Source: Auanema rhodensis
Taxonomy: Eukaryota; Animalia; Nematoda
Direction of reading: 5' to 3'
Assembly: GCA_964057225.1 (NCBI GenBank)
Contig: OZ059897.1
Location: 14,074,001 to 14,138,000, forward strand
DNA length: 64,000 bases
A program made the translations under genes and the position numbers. The notes beneath the pieces are model-generated. The model had not been told where the DNA came from, did not search any database, and worked only from the letters and a program-made list of their open reading frames with translations. This document shows, one piece after another, positions 1 through 14,813 of the stretch (position 1 is the first letter of the stretch; every line of letters starts with the position of its first letter).

Positions 1-220
1 ACTTTCCTCTAGCGAAAACGTAGAATTGAATGTTAAAAAGAATTATCCAATAAATTACTATCAAGCGTTCGTAAATTTGAAACAATACAGTACAAACAAG
101 CAATGTTGTAGTTACGTGAACGAATGACTTTTAAAATTCAAATGTTTTATGCAGTAAAGAAAACTAAGAATTACAAACGATATTATTAAGCTTAGTATAA
201 GAATAATAATCATGAATATA

Positions 221-786
221 TAGGTGATTCCATGGATATTTTGAAGAAAGAAAGTATAATTATATCATACACCAATTCAGGAATATATGTAGAGTCTTAT
301 CTTTATATATGTATAGTGTGTCTTATACTCTTTCTAATTATACTTTCTATAATACTAACGTTTATGTGGAAAAGCTTTAACGATCTAAAAAACACGATGT
401 CTCAACAAGCGCTAAGCACACATAAACTATTTTTGAAAGTTAATTTTATTCAGGTTTCAATTGATTCTTATTTAGTTTTCATAATTAAACTTATAGACTT
501 GTACATTGGTTACATTCGCTTCATTGGGCTTAGTATTCCTAGTGTTGCCATATTTTAATTTTATTGTGATAGGTAACACACGAAATATTGACAAATATTG
601 TTTTCTTTTTCCTTTCAGAAATTCAAAATACTATTGTTATATTGCCTTGACGTAGTCTTTACATGTGAACCGATGTATGTGATATATACAGTTCCTTCTT
701 ATAGATCAACAATCTTATGTCAGGTTTATAACATTTTATTCTCGTACGTAGCTTCACGTCCATTATGCAAATTGCACGTGAACTAA
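221..786 (+). pseudogene. 5'-truncated chemoreceptor copy 0 (exons 4-6 only; altered 3' end), type B
   Basis: Homology starts at the exon-4 sequence GGTGATTCCATGGAT; exons 1-3 are replaced by unrelated DNA. After YTVPSYR the sequence diverges and shifts frame relative to the other copies. Confidence 0.85.
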
Positions 787-1384
787 TTTTTATTAAATGG
801 CAAACCAATTCCTTGAATTAAATTTATTTCAAACTATGAGAATACTGACGGTTCTTGAGAATATGAGTAAAAACCGTACAAGCTTTCTTTCGAAATTTTT
901 ATTACTTAAGTACTTTATTTTGTGATATTTCGTTAAAGTTTACTCATTATGATAATGTTACTGAAGAGGATTTAGAATTTTTTGATAGAAATCTTAACTG
1001 GAACTATTGGCAGCCCTTATGTATATTTGAACAAAAAATATTTGTATTTATGTTTTATGAAACAAATTCATTCTTATCAAACTGTAAGAATTTTATTAGA
1101 TGAACTCAAAGGAAAATTTAACACGAAATATATAAACATCATTTGATTTTCACCTACAGGAATTGAAAAGTCATCGATTTTAGTATAGAACATTATACAT
1201 ACGCTTGATTAATATTAACATTTTGATCTGGTCTTTCATATGCACATTTGTAAGTAACTTCATATAAAACTCAAGTAGTTGATTGCTACATGTTATGTTA
1301 AGATCATTATCAAATATAAGGCGTGAATCTTTGGTTTGCTTCTTATAATTGCCTTTATTTTATTTGTTTCAGTGCCTTAGTTAT

Positions 1385-2560
1385 ATGATATACGTTGTAT
1401 ACCAGCTTCTGCTTTATATGCTTTGTCCAATAGCTCTAATTTGCTTATTTCTTGTATGGTATTGTACTCTATTTCATGCTCCATCACATATGGGACAAGA
1501 ATATAGAGTATTTTTATGCTTTCAATGCTCTTTGTAAGTTGTTTCTTATTTTTACAACAATTAATGAAACATTGTTTGAAGTGGCTTGTTTTTTGCTTTT
1601 ATTGTCTCTGGTGGTGCGAATCCTATATTTTTAGCTCCTTGTTTCGGAGTATATTTAGCCGGGTTTTTAAAATATTTTGATTTGTATGCGCTGACCGTAG
1701 CGCTATTCGTTTTTTCTTTGATCTATTGTAAGTTTTTGAAAAACTATAAACAATATTTAGAGAATTATTAAGATTATGCAGGATTAACACTAATGATGTT
1801 CTATCTACGATATCAGGCATTGCAGTTAAGATCACAAAATAGAATGAAATATGTTATATACGGAGTATCATTTGCCGTTTATTTTGTGGTACCTTGGACT
1901 CTTTTCATCACAACAAAGCTTGGAAATGTAGAAGAAGTAAAAAATGATTGCTTAAAGGTCTGTTTTTGTAATTGGCCATATCACAATGAATATTCAGATA
2001 TATAAAGGTGATCCCATGGATATTTTGAAGAAAGAAAGTATAGTTGTATCATACACCAATTCAGGAATATATTTAGATTTTTTTCTATATGCTTCTATAG
2101 TGTGTATTATACTCTTTCTAATTATACTTTCTATAATACTAACGTTTATGTGGAAAAGCTTTAACGATCTAAAAAACACGATGTCTCAACAAGCGCTAAG
2201 CACACATAAACTATTTTTGAAAGTTAATTTTATTCAGGTTTCAATTGATTCTTATTTAGTTTTCATAATTAAACTTATAGACTTGTACATTGGTTATATT
2301 CGCTTCATTGGGCTTAGTATTCCTAGTATGTCCATATTTTAATTTTATTGTGATAGGTAACACACGAAATATTGACAAATATTGTTTTCTTTTCCCTTTC
2401 AGAAATTCAAAATACTAATGTTGTATTGCTTTGCGTAATCTTCATATGTGGACCTATGTATGCGATATATACAGTTCCTTCTTATAGAGCAGGAATTCTC
2501 CATAGTTTCAAAATAAAACAATATCAAATCAGGTTTATAACATTTTATTCTCGTACGTAG
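1385..2560 (+). CDS. Serpentine 7TM chemoreceptor (Str/Srh/Sri-like), copy 1, type A, 6 exons
   Basis: Splices in frame: MIYVVYQLLLY...CFQCSF|GLFFAFIVSGGANPIFLAPC...|YAGLTLMMFYLRYQAL...|IYKGDP...MSQQALSTHKLFLKVNFIQ|TCTLV...|EIQN...YTVPSYR. Shows hydrophobic TM segments, RY after TM3, an MS..T...H..F.K...Q loop and a C-terminal P.YR. TTTCAG lies 12 nt before the ATG. Confidence 0.88.
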
Positions 2561-4860
2561 CTTCACGTTCAATATGCAAATCCCACGTGAGCAAATTTTC
2601 TCTTAAATGGCAAACCAATTTCTTGAATTAAATTTATTTTAAACTATGAGAATACTGTCTGTTCTTTAGAATATGAATAAAAACCGTAGAAGTTTTCAAT
2701 GAATTCGTTATATAAGAATTGTTCAATTATCTTCCTGATCTCAGTCTTTTATATTTTTGACCAGGCCTCTCAGAATCACTCAATTAGAATATTATTGCCA
2801 GCTCTCTGCATTGTTCACTGCACATACTTTGACGAACCATTGGAAATGAACACCCATTAGCTAGGAGCGTGTAGAAGTACACGGCAATGAGGATTCTTTT
2901 TCAAGAAGTTTCAGAGAGTTCAAACTAGTTCATTTATTCAAAGTTTCCTTAAATTGATTTATTATTTATATGTTTTTGAATGTTTTATCTCATGCTCAAG
3001 ATTTTAATAAACATGCGAAGGCAACGAAATTACGTGATATCTTAGTTTAATTTAGCACAATATATCATTTTTAATTTTATATATAAATTCTCATGTTAGT
3101 ATTTGTATGATCGCAATTAAGTTTGTTTATAAATGTTGAATTGTTAGAATGTTCGAAATTTAATTAAAACCAATGGAAAAGTTTTTGATTTTATTTATTA
3201 TAGTTGTTCAAATAATTAATAATAATTCGTATCCTTTATTTTTAAAAAAATGAGAAAATAAAGATTTACTGTTTTTTTAAATTATGTAGTTAACCTTTGA
3301 TCAAATCATCTTGTTCTAAAATGTCTCATGCGTTCACTTATTTTATCAACATGCTATTTGATATTAATATGCTTTTTCAAAAGAATTTAAAATCAAGCTT
3401 ATCAAGTAAAAAACAAAGATTCGATTTATACTTAGTGGTACCTCCATGAAATATCGATGCAACCTTGAATGGCAAACAGGTAATTTAGGCGAATAAGTCT
3501 TAATTAGGGTCGTAGGAGCAAGTTTTATTTAAAAAAAGGATAAATTTACATACTTGGAGGTTAAGAGGTTTAGGTGATATACTGATAAACTCCATCGTTT
3601 TCTACAACTCTTCTACCATTCTCACGCTTCCTCTTACAATGGCTATTTATATACAATATTTTCATTATATTCAATGTTTATTTATATTCAATGTTTTTAT
3701 TATATTCAATGAGTATTTCCATACAATATTTTTATTATATTCTTTCTTCTTTGTACCGTTTCTTTTGCCTCATGAACCACAATTCTAAGAAATTACTTCT
3801 GCTATCTTTCAGTATCATTGCTTTTCATTTGTTTGTGTACGTGCGTAACATTTGTTCATTAGCATACATCGTCATTTTTTTTAGAAAAATTGAATTTATT
3901 ACTTCATTACGCGATAATAAGTTAAAATTTTATTATTATATTTTAATTTCTAGAACTATGTTTAACAAATGTTGTTTTTTTTTGTTGGTAACACTGCTCA
4001 TATCTCTTTTAACAAGCTAACGTTTTTGGCTACTTAAATAAAATACTTTTCAATTATTTTTCAAAATTAACTTCTAGCCAACATAATCCTTACCAAATGT
4101 ACTCAACATGATTCTGCGTCTCACAGAAGTCATGATTTGTAACTGACATATAACGCGAACTATGAATTAACGTTGTTTTTATTGTGATACAGTCTATAAA
4201 ATTTGGAGACTTCTTCACTATTTTTAAACGAACGCCGAAAAGTTTTAAATGAATTAATAACAATGTTAGAAATACAGTGAATTTTGAAATTAATCTCAGT
4301 ATTGACATAATCACAATAAATAGTATTATAAAATATCCTTTGAATACAGTAATAGTCATTATCAAAAAATGAAATGATGTCTTTGGAATGAATTATTGTT
4401 CAAGTAGGTCCAATAGCACTGATACTGTTAATACTACTTTGATATAAAGTATGCTAACATTACTGAAGAGGATTTAGACTTTTTTGATAGAAATCTTAAC
4501 TGGAACTATTGACAGCCCTTATGTATATTTGAGCAAAAAATATTTGTATTTATGTTTTATGAAACAAATTCATTCTTATCAAACTGTAAGAATTTTATTA
4601 GATGAACTCAAAGGAAAATTTAACACGAAATATATAAACATCATTTGATTTTCACCTACAGGAATTGAAAAGTCATCGATTTTAGTATAGAACATTATAC
4701 ATACGCTTGATTAATATTAACATTTTGATCTGGTCTTTCATATGCATATTTGTAAGTAACTTCATATAAAACTCAAGTAGTTGATTGCTACATGTTATCT
4801 TAAGATCATTATCAAATATAATGCGTGAATCTTTGGTTTGCTTCTCATAATTGCCTTTAT
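2561..4860 (-). mobile_element. Putative highly decayed Mutator/MULE transposase relic forming the array spacer (repeated in each unit)
   Basis: Minus-strand peptide scraps in MULE order across frameshifts: CSNIHKGC (~4530), KLAP..YLFAIQ..EVPL (~3520-3435), NSFEKA (~3380, DFE-like), VNNAESW (~2815, TNNxxExW-like). Many stops; no TIR recognised. Confidence 0.35.
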
Positions 4861-4886
4861 TTTATTAGTTTCAGTGCCTTAGTTAT

Positions 4887-6062
4887 ATGATATACGTTAT
4901 ATACCAGCTTCTGCTTTATATGCTTAGTCCAATAGCTCTAATTTGCTTATTTCTTGTATGGTATTGTACTCTATTTCATGCTCCATCACATATGGGACAA
5001 GAATACAGATTCTTCTTATGCTTTCAATGCTCTTTGTAAGTTATTCGTTATTTTTACAACAATTAATGAAACATTGTTTGAAGTGGCTTGTTTTTCGTAT
5101 TTGTCACTTCTTGTGGTCTCCATCCGATATTTTTAGCTCCTTGTTTCGGAGTATATATAGCCGGGTTTTTAAAATATTTTGGTATAGCTCCACTGACCGT
5201 AGCGCTGTTCGTTTTTTCTTTGGTCTATTGTAAGATTATTAAGAATAATGAACAATATTTCAAGAATTATTAAGATTATGCAGGAATTACACTAATAATG
5301 TTATATCTAAGATATGAAGCATTGCAGTTAAGATCACGAAATACAATGAAATATGTTTTATACGGAGTATCATTTGCCGTTTATTTTGTGGTACCTTCGT
5401 CTCTTTTCATTACAACAAAACTTGGAAATGTAGAAGAAGTAAAAAATGATTGCTTAAAGGTCTGTTTTTGTAATTAGCCATATCACAATGAATATTCAGA
5501 TATATAAAGGTGATCCCATGGATATTTTGAAGAAAGAAAGTTTAATTATATCATACACCAATTCAGGAATATATGTAGAGTCTTATCTTTATATATGTAT
5601 AGTGTGTCTTATACTCTTTCTAATTATACTTTCTATAATACTAACGTTTATGTGGAAAAGCTTTAACGATCTAAAAAACACGATGTCTCAACAAGCGCTA
5701 AGCACACATAAACTATTTTTGAAAGTTAATTTTATTCAGGTTTCAATTGATTCTTATTCAGTTTTCATAATTAAACTTATAGACTTGTACATTGGTTATA
5801 TTTGCTTCATTGGGCTTAGTATTCCTAGTATGTCCATATTTTAATTTTATTGTGATAGGTAACACACGAAATATTGACAAATATTGTTTTCTTTTCCCTT
5901 TCAGAAATTCAAAATACTAATGTTGTATTGCTTTGCGTCATCTTCATATGTGGACCTATGTATGCGATATATACAGTTCCTTCTTATAGAGCAGGAATTC
6001 TCCATATTTTCAAAATAAAACAATATCAAATCAGGTTTATAACATTTTATTCTCGTACGTAG
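4887..6062 (+). CDS. Serpentine chemoreceptor copy 2, type B
   Basis: Same 6-exon structure, open frame. Exon 2 FVFVTSCGLHP; exon 4 IYVESYLYICIV. Confidence 0.88.
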
Positions 6063-8071
6063 GTTCACGTCCATTATGCAAATTGCACGTGAACTAATTT
6101 TCTCTTGATTGGCAAAACAAGCTATTGCTATCAATCTACTCAAGCTGATATTATATTTCAAGCTCAACGATTTTTGAACTACTCATATCAACTATTAATT
6201 GAAATTCTTCAGATGACTTTAATAAAACAATTTCAGGGTAGTGACGGTTCTTGAGAACATGAGTAAAAACCGTACAAGCTTTCAATGAATTCGTTATATA
6301 AGAATTGTTCAATTATCTTCCTGATCTCAGTCTTTTATATTTTTGACCAGGCCTCTAAGAATCACTCAATTAGAATATTATTGCCAGCTTTCTGCATTGT
6401 TCACTGCACATACTTTGACGAACCATTGGAAATGAACACCCATTAGCTAGCAACATGTAGAAGTACACTGCAATGAGGATTCTTTTTCAAGAAGTTTCAG
6501 ACCGTTCAAACTAGTTCATGTTTTCAAAGTTTCCTTAAATTGATTAATTATTTATATGTTTTTGAATGTTTTATCTCATGCTCAAGATTTTAATAAACAT
6601 GCGAAGTCAACGAAATTACGTGATATCTTAGTTTAATTTAGCACAATATATCATTTTTAATTTTATATATAAATTCAAATCATCTTGTTCTAAAATGTCT
6701 CATGCGTTCACTTATTTTATCAACATGCTATTTGATATTAATATGCTTTTTCAAAAGAATTTATAATCAAGCTTATCAAGTAAAAAACAAAGATTCGATT
6801 GATACTTAGTGGTACCTCCATGAAACATCGTTGTAACATTGAATGGCAAACAGGTAATTTAGGCGCCTAAGTCTTAATTAGGGTCGTAGGAGCAAGTTTT
6901 ATTTAAAAAAAGGATAAATTTGCGGAATTCGATGAAGCTTTAGTTGATATACTGATTAACCCCATCATTTTCTATAATTGTTTTACCATTCTCAAGCTTC
7001 CATTGTTTTTCATTTGTTTGTGTACGTGCGTAACATTTGTTCATTAGCATACATCGTCATTTTTTTTAGAAAAGTTGAATTTATTACTTCATTACGCGAT
7101 AATAAGTTAAAATTTTATTATTATATTTTAATTTCTAGAACTATGTTTAACAAATGTTGTTTTTTTTTGTTGGTAACACTGCTTATATCTCTTTTAAAAA
7201 GCTAACGTTTCTGGCTACGTAAATAAAATACTTTTCAATTATTTTTCAAAATTAACTTCTAGCCAACATAATCCTTACCAAATGTACTCAAAATGATTCT
7301 GCGTCTCACAGAAGTAATGATTTGTAACTGACATATAACGCGAACTATGAATTAACGTTGTTTTTATTGTGATACAATCTATAAAATTTGGAGACTTCTT
7401 CACTATTTTTAAACGAACGCCGAAAAGTTTTAAATGAATTAATAACAATGTCAGAAATACAGTGAATTTTGAAATTAATCTCAGTTTTGACATAATCACA
7501 ATAAATAGTATTATAAAATATCCTTTGAATACAGTAATAGTCATTATCAAAAAATGAAATGATGTCTTTGGAATGAATTATTGTTCAAGTAGGTCCAATA
7601 GCACTAATACTGTTAATACTACTTTGATATAAAGTATGCTAACATTACTGAAGAGGATTTAGACTTTTTTGATAGAAATCTTAACTGGAACTATTGACAG
7701 CCCTTATGTATATTTGAGCAAAAAATATTTGTATGTATGTTTTATGAAACAAATTCATTCTTATCAAACTGTAAGAATTTTATTAGATGAACTCAAAGGA
7801 AAATTTAACACGAAATATATAAACATCATTTGATTTTCACCTACAGGAATTGAAAAGTCATCGATTTTAGTATAGAACATTATACATACGCTTGATTAAT
7901 ATTAACATTTTCATCTGTTCTTTCATATGCATATTTGAGAGTAATTTCATATAAAACTCAAGTAGTTGATTGCTACATGTTATGTTAAGATCATTATCAA
8001 ATATAAGGCGTGAATCTTTGGTTTGCTTCTCATAATTGCCTTTATTTTATTAGTTTCAGTGCCTTAGTTAT

Positions 8072-9247
8072 ATGATATACGTTATATACCAGCTTCTGCT
8101 TTATATGCTTAGTCCAATAGCTCTAATTTGCTTATTTCTTGTATGGTATTGTACTCTATTTCATGCTCCATCACATATGGGACAAGAATACAGATTCTTC
8201 TTATGCTTTCAATGCTCTTTGTAAGTTGTTTCTTATTTTTACAACAATTAATGAAACATTGTTTGAAGTGGCTTGTTTTTTGCTTTTATTCTCTCTGGTG
8301 GTGCGAATCCTATATTTTTAGCTCCTTGTTTCGGAGTATATTTAGCCGGGTTTTTAAAATATTTTGATTTGTATGCGCTCACCGTAGCGCTATTCGTTTT
8401 TTCTTTGTTCTATTGTAAGTTTTTGAAAAACAATAAACAATATTTAGAGAATTGTTCAGATTATGGAGGAGTAACACTAATGATGTTCTATCTAAGATAT
8501 GAAGCATTGCAGTTAAGATCACAAAATAGAATGAAATATGTTTTATACGGAGTATCATTTGTCCTTTTTTTTGTGGTGCCTTGGACTCTTTTCATCACAA
8601 CAAAGCTTGAAAATGTAGAAGAAGTAAAAAATGATTGCTTAAAGGTCTGTTTTTGTAATTAGCCATATCACAATGAATATTCAGATATATAAAGGTGATC
8701 CTATGGATATTTTGAAGAAAGAAAGTATAGTTGTATCATACACCAATTCAGGAATATATTTAGATTTTTTTCTATATACTTCTATAGTGTGTCTTATACT
8801 CTTTCTAATTATACTTTCTATAATACTAACGTTTATGTGGAAAAGCTTTAACGATCTAAAAAACACGATGTCTCAACAAGCGCTAAGCACACATAAACTA
8901 TTTTTGAAAGTTAATTTTATTCAGGTTTCAATTGTGTCTTATTTAGTTTTCGTAATTAAACTTATAGACTTGTACATTGGTTATATTCACTTCATTGGGC
9001 TTATTATTTCTAGTATGTCCATATTTTAATTTTATTGTGATAGGTAACACACGAAATATTGACAAATATTGTTTTCTTTTCCCTTTCAGAAATTCAAAAT
9101 ACTAATATTGTATTGCTTTGCGTAATCTTCATATGTGGAAATATGTATGCGATATATACAGTTCCTTCTTATAGAGCAGGAATTCTCCATATTTTCAAAA
9201 TAAAACAATATCAAATCAGGTTTATAACATTTTATTCTCGTACGTAG
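8072..9247 (+). CDS. Serpentine chemoreceptor copy 3, type A
   Basis: Same structure. Exon 2 FAFILSGGANP; exon 4 IYLDFFLYTSIV. Intron-2 acceptor is CAG here and AAG in the other copies. Confidence 0.88.
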
Positions 9248-11257
9248 GTTCACGTCCATTATGCAAATTGCACGTGAGCAAATTTTCTCTTAAATGTGCA
9301 AACCAAGCTATTGCTATCAATCTGCGCAAGCTGATTTTATACTTCAAGCTCAACGATTTTTGAACTCCTCATATCAACTATTAATTGAAATTCTTCGAAT
9401 GACTTTAATAAAACAATTTCAGGGTAGTGACGGTTCTTGAGAACATGAGTAAAAACCGTACAAGCTTTCACTGAATTCGTCATATAAGAATTGTTCAATT
9501 ATCTTCCTGATCTCAGTCTTTTATATTTTTGACCAGGCCTCTCAGAATCACTCAATTAGAATATTATTGCCAGCTCTCTGCATTGTTCACTGCACATACT
9601 TTGACGAACCATTGGAAATGAACACACATTAGCTAGCAGCATCTAGAAGTACACTGCAATGAGGATTCTTTTTCAAGAAGTTTCAGACCGTTCAAACTAG
9701 TTCATTTATTCAAAGTTTCCTTAAATTGATTAATTATTTATATGTTTTTGAATGTTTTATCTCATGCTCAAGATTTTAATAAACATGCGAAGTCAACGAA
9801 ATTACGTGATATCTTAGTTTAATTTAGCACAATATATCATTTTTAATTTTATATATAAATTCAAATCATCTTGTTCTAAAATGTCTCATGCGTTCACTTA
9901 TTTTATCAACATGCTATTTGATATTAATATGCTTTTTCAAAAGAATTTATAATCAAGCTTATCAAGTAAAAAACAAAGATTCGATTTATACTTAGTGGTA
10001 CCTCCATGAAACATCGTTGTAACATTGAATGGCAAACAGGTAATTTAGGCGCCTAAGTCTTAATTAGGGTCGTAGGAGCAAGTTTTATTTAAAAAAAGGA
10101 TAAATTTGCGGAATTCGATGAAGCTTTAGTTGATATACTGATTAACCCCATCATTTTCTATAATTGTTTTACCATTCTCAAGCTTCCATTGTTTTTCATT
10201 TGTTTGTGTACGTGCGTAACATTTGTTCATTAGCATACATCGTCATTTTTTTTAAAAAAATTGAATTTATTACTTCATTACGCGATAATAAGTTAAAATT
10301 TTATTATTATATTTTAATTTCTAGAACTATGTTTAACAAATGTTGTTTTTTTTTGTTGGTAACACTGCTTATATCTCTTTTAAAAAGCTAACGTTTCTGG
10401 CTACGTAAATAAAATACTTTTCAATTATTTTTCAAAATTAACTTCTAGCCAACATAATCCTTACCAAATGTACTCAACATGATTCTGCGTCTCACAGAAG
10501 TAATGATTTGTAACTGACATATAACGCGAACTATGAATTAACGTTGTTTTTATTGTGATACAATCTATAAAATTTGGAGACTTCTTCACTATTTTTAAAC
10601 GAACGCCGAAAAGTTTTAAATGAATTAATAACAATGTCAGAAATACAGTGAATTTTAAAATTAATCTCAGTATTGACATAATCACAATAAATAGTATTAT
10701 AAAATATCCTTTGAATACAGTAATAGTCATTATCAAAAAATGAAATGATGTCTTTGGAATGAATTATTGTTCAAGTAGGTCCAATAGCACTGATACGGTT
10801 AATACTACTTTGATATAAAGTATGCTAACATTACTGAAGAGGATTTAGACTTTTTTGATAGAAATCTTAACTGGAACTATTGACAGCCCTTATGTATATT
10901 TGAGCAAAAAATATTTGTATGTATGTTTTATGAAACGAATTCATTCTTATCAAACTGTAAGAATTTTATTAGATGAACTCAAAGGAAAATTTAACACGAA
11001 ATATATAAACATCATTTGATTTTCACCTACAGGAATTGAAAAGTCATCGATTTTAGTATAGAACATTATACATACGCTTGATTAATATTAACATTTTCAT
11101 CTGTTCTTTCATATGCATATTTGAAAGTAATTTCATATAAAACTCAAGTAGTTGCTTGCTACATGTTATGTTAAGATCATTATCAAATATCAGGCGTGAA
11201 TCTTTGGTTTGCTTCTCATAATTGCCTTTATTTTATTAGTTTCAGTGCCTTAGTTAT

Positions 11258-12433
11258 ATGATATACGTTATATACCAGCTTCTGCTTTATATGCTTAGTC
11301 CAATAGCTCTAATTTGCTTATTTATTGTATGGTATTGTACTCTATTTCATGCTCCATCACATATGGGACAAGAATACAGATTCTTCTTATGCTTTCAATG
11401 CTCTTTGTAAGTTATTCCTTATTTTTACAACAATTAATGAAAAATTGTTTGAAGTGGCTTGTTTTTCGTATTTGTCGCCACTAGTGCTATCCATCCAATA
11501 TTTTTAGCTCCTTGTTTTGGAATATATATAGCCGGGTTTTTAAAATATGTTGATATATCTCCACTAAACGTAGCGCTGTTCGTTTTTTCTTTGGTCTATT
11601 GTAAGATTATTAAAAATAATGAACAATATTTCAAGAATTATTAAGATTATGCAGGAATTACACTAATGATGTTATATCTACGATATGAAGCGTTGCAGTT
11701 AAGATCACGAAATAGAATGAAATATGTTTTATACGGAGTATCATTTGCCGTTTATTTTGTGGTACCTTCGTCCCTTTTCATCATAACAGAACTTCGAAAT
11801 GTAGAAGAAGTAAAAAACGATTGCTTAAAGGTCTGTTTTTGTAATTAGCCATATCACAATGAATATTCAGATGTATAAAGGTGATCCCATGGATATTTTG
11901 AAGAAAGAAAGTATAATTATATCATACACCAATTCAGGAATATATGTAGAGTCTTATCTTTATATATGTATAGTGTGTCTTATACTCTTTCTAATTATTC
12001 TTTCTACAATACTAACGTTTATGTGGAAAAGCTTTAACGATCTAAAAAACACGATGTCTCAACAAGCGCTAAGCACACATAAACTATTTTTGAAAGTTAA
12101 TTTTATTCAGGTTTCAATTGATTCTTATTCAGTTTTCATAATTAAACTTATAGACTTGTACATTGGTTATATTTGCTTCATTGGGCTTAGTATTCCTAGT
12201 ATGTCCATATTTTAATTTTATTGTGATAGGTAACACACGAAATATTGACAAATATTGTTTTCTTTTCCCTTTCAGAAATTCAAAATACTAATGTTGTATT
12301 GCTTTGCGTAATCTTCATATGTGGACCTATGTATGCGATATATACAGTTCCTTCTTATAGAGCAGGAATTCTCCATATTTTCAAAATAAAACAATATCAA
12401 ATCAGGTTTATAACATTTTATTCTCGTACGTAG
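11258..12433 (+). CDS. Serpentine chemoreceptor copy 4, type B
   Basis: Same structure. Exon 2 FVFVATSAIHP; exon 4 IYVESYLYICIV. Confidence 0.88.
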
Positions 12434-14813
12434 GTTCACGTCCATTATGCAAATTGCACGTGAGCAAATTTTTCTCTTAAATGTGCAAACCAAGCTATTG
12501 CTATCAATCTGCGCAAGCTGATTTCATATTTCAAGCTCAACGATTTTTGAACTCCTCATATCAACTATTAATTGAAATTCTTCGAATGACTTTAATAAAA
12601 CAATTTCAGGGTAGTGACGGTTCTTGAGAACATGAGTAAAAACCGTACAAGCTTTCAATGAATTCGTTATATAAGAATTGTTCAATTATCTTCCTGATCT
12701 CAGTCTTTTATATTTTTGACCAGGCCTCTAAGAATCACTCAATTAGAATATTATTGCCAGCTTTCTGCATTGTTCACTGCACATACTTTGACGAACCATT
12801 GGAAATGAACACCCATTAGCTAGCAACATGTAGAAGTACACGGCAATGAGGATTCTTTTTCAAGAAGTTTCAGAGAGTTCAAACTAGTTCATTTATTCAA
12901 AGTTTCCTTAAATTGATTTATTATTTATATGTTTTTGAATGTTTTATCTCATGCTCAAGATTTTAATAAACATGCGAAGTCAACGAAATTACGTGATATC
13001 TTAGTTTAATTTAGCACAATATATCATTTTTAATTTTATATATAAATTCTCATGTTAGTATTTGTATGATCGCAATTAAGTTTGTTTATAAATGTTGAAT
13101 TGTTAGAATCTTCGAAATTTAATTAAAACCAATGGAAAAGTTTTGGATTTTACTTATTATAGTTGTTCAAATAATTAATAATAATTCGTATCCTTTATTT
13201 TTAAAAAAAATGAGAAAATAAAGATTTACTGTTTTTTAAATTATGTAGCTAACCTTTGATCAAATCATCTTGTTCTAAAATGTCTCATGCGTTCACTTAT
13301 TTTATCAACATGCTATTTGATATTAATATGCTTTTTCAAAAGAATTTAAAATCAAGCTTATCAAGTAAAAAACAAAGATTCGATTTATACTTAGTGGTAC
13401 CTCCATGAAACATCGTTGTAACATTGAATGGCAAACAGGTAATTTAGGCGCATAAGTCTTAATTAGGGTCGTAGGAGCAAGTTTTATTTAAAAAAGGATA
13501 AATTTACAAAGTTGGAGAAAGGCAAAGATGATATCTACTGATAAACTTCATCGTTTTCTACAACTGTTCTACCATTCTCAAGCTTCCTCTTACAATGGTT
13601 ATCTACATACAATATTTTTATTATATTCAATGGGTTTTTGCATACAATATTTTTATTATATTTTTTCTTCTTTGTACCGCTTTTTTTATTTCGCTTCATG
13701 AACCACTATTCTAAGAAATTACTTCTGCTATCTTTCAGTATCATTGCTTATCATTTGTTTGTGTACGTGCGTAACATTTGTTCATTAGCATACATCGTCA
13801 TTTTTTTTAGAAAAATTGAATTTATTACTTCATTACGCGATAATAAGTTAAAATTTTATTATTATATTTTAATTTCTAGAACTATGTTTAACAAATGTTG
13901 TTTTTTTTTTGTTGGTAACACTGCTCATATCTCTTTTAACAAGCTAACGTTTCTGGCTACGTAAATAAAATACTTTTCAATTATTTTTCAAAATTAACTT
14001 CTAGCCAACATAATCCTTACCAAATGTACTCAACATGATTCTGCGTCTCACAGAAGTAATGATTTGTAACTGACATATAACGCGAACTATGAATTAACGT
14101 TGTTTTTATTGTGATACAATCTATAAAGTTTGGAGACTTCTTCACTATTTTTAAACGAACGCCGAAAAGTTTTAAATGAATTAATAACAATGTCAGAAAT
14201 ACAGTGAATTTTGAAATTAATCTCAGTTTTGACATAATCACAATAAATAGTATTATAAAATATCCTTTGAATACAGTAATAGTCATTATCAAAAAATGAA
14301 ATGATGTCTTTGGAATGAATTATTGTTCAAGTAGGTCCAATAGCACTGATACGGTTAATACTACTTTGATATAAAGTATGCTAACATTACTGAAGAGGAT
14401 TTAGACTTTTTTGATAGAAATCTTAACTGGAACTATTGACAGCCCTTATGTATATTTGAGCAAAAAATATTTGTATTTATGTTTTATGAAACGAATTCAT
14501 TCTTATCAAACTGTAAGAATTTTATTAGATGAACTCAAAAGAAAATTTAACACGAAATATAAGAACATCATTTGATTTTCACCTACAGGAATTGAAAAGT
14601 CATCGATTTTAGTATAGAACATTATACATGCACCTGATTAATATTAACATTTTGATCTGGTCTTTCATATGCATATTTGAAAGTAATTTCATATAAAACT
14701 CAAGTACTTGATTGCTAAATGTTATGTTAAGATCATTATCAAATATAAGGCGTGAATCTTTGGTTTGCTTCTTATAATTGCCTTTATTTTATTTGTTTCA
14801 GTACCTTAGTTAT

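Noticed and set aside
4090-4365. 91-aa minus-strand ORF recurring in each array unit as a separate gene
   Set aside because: Recurrence reflects recent duplication only. It starts at a non-ATG codon, flanking frames contain stops, and no spliced gene could be built.
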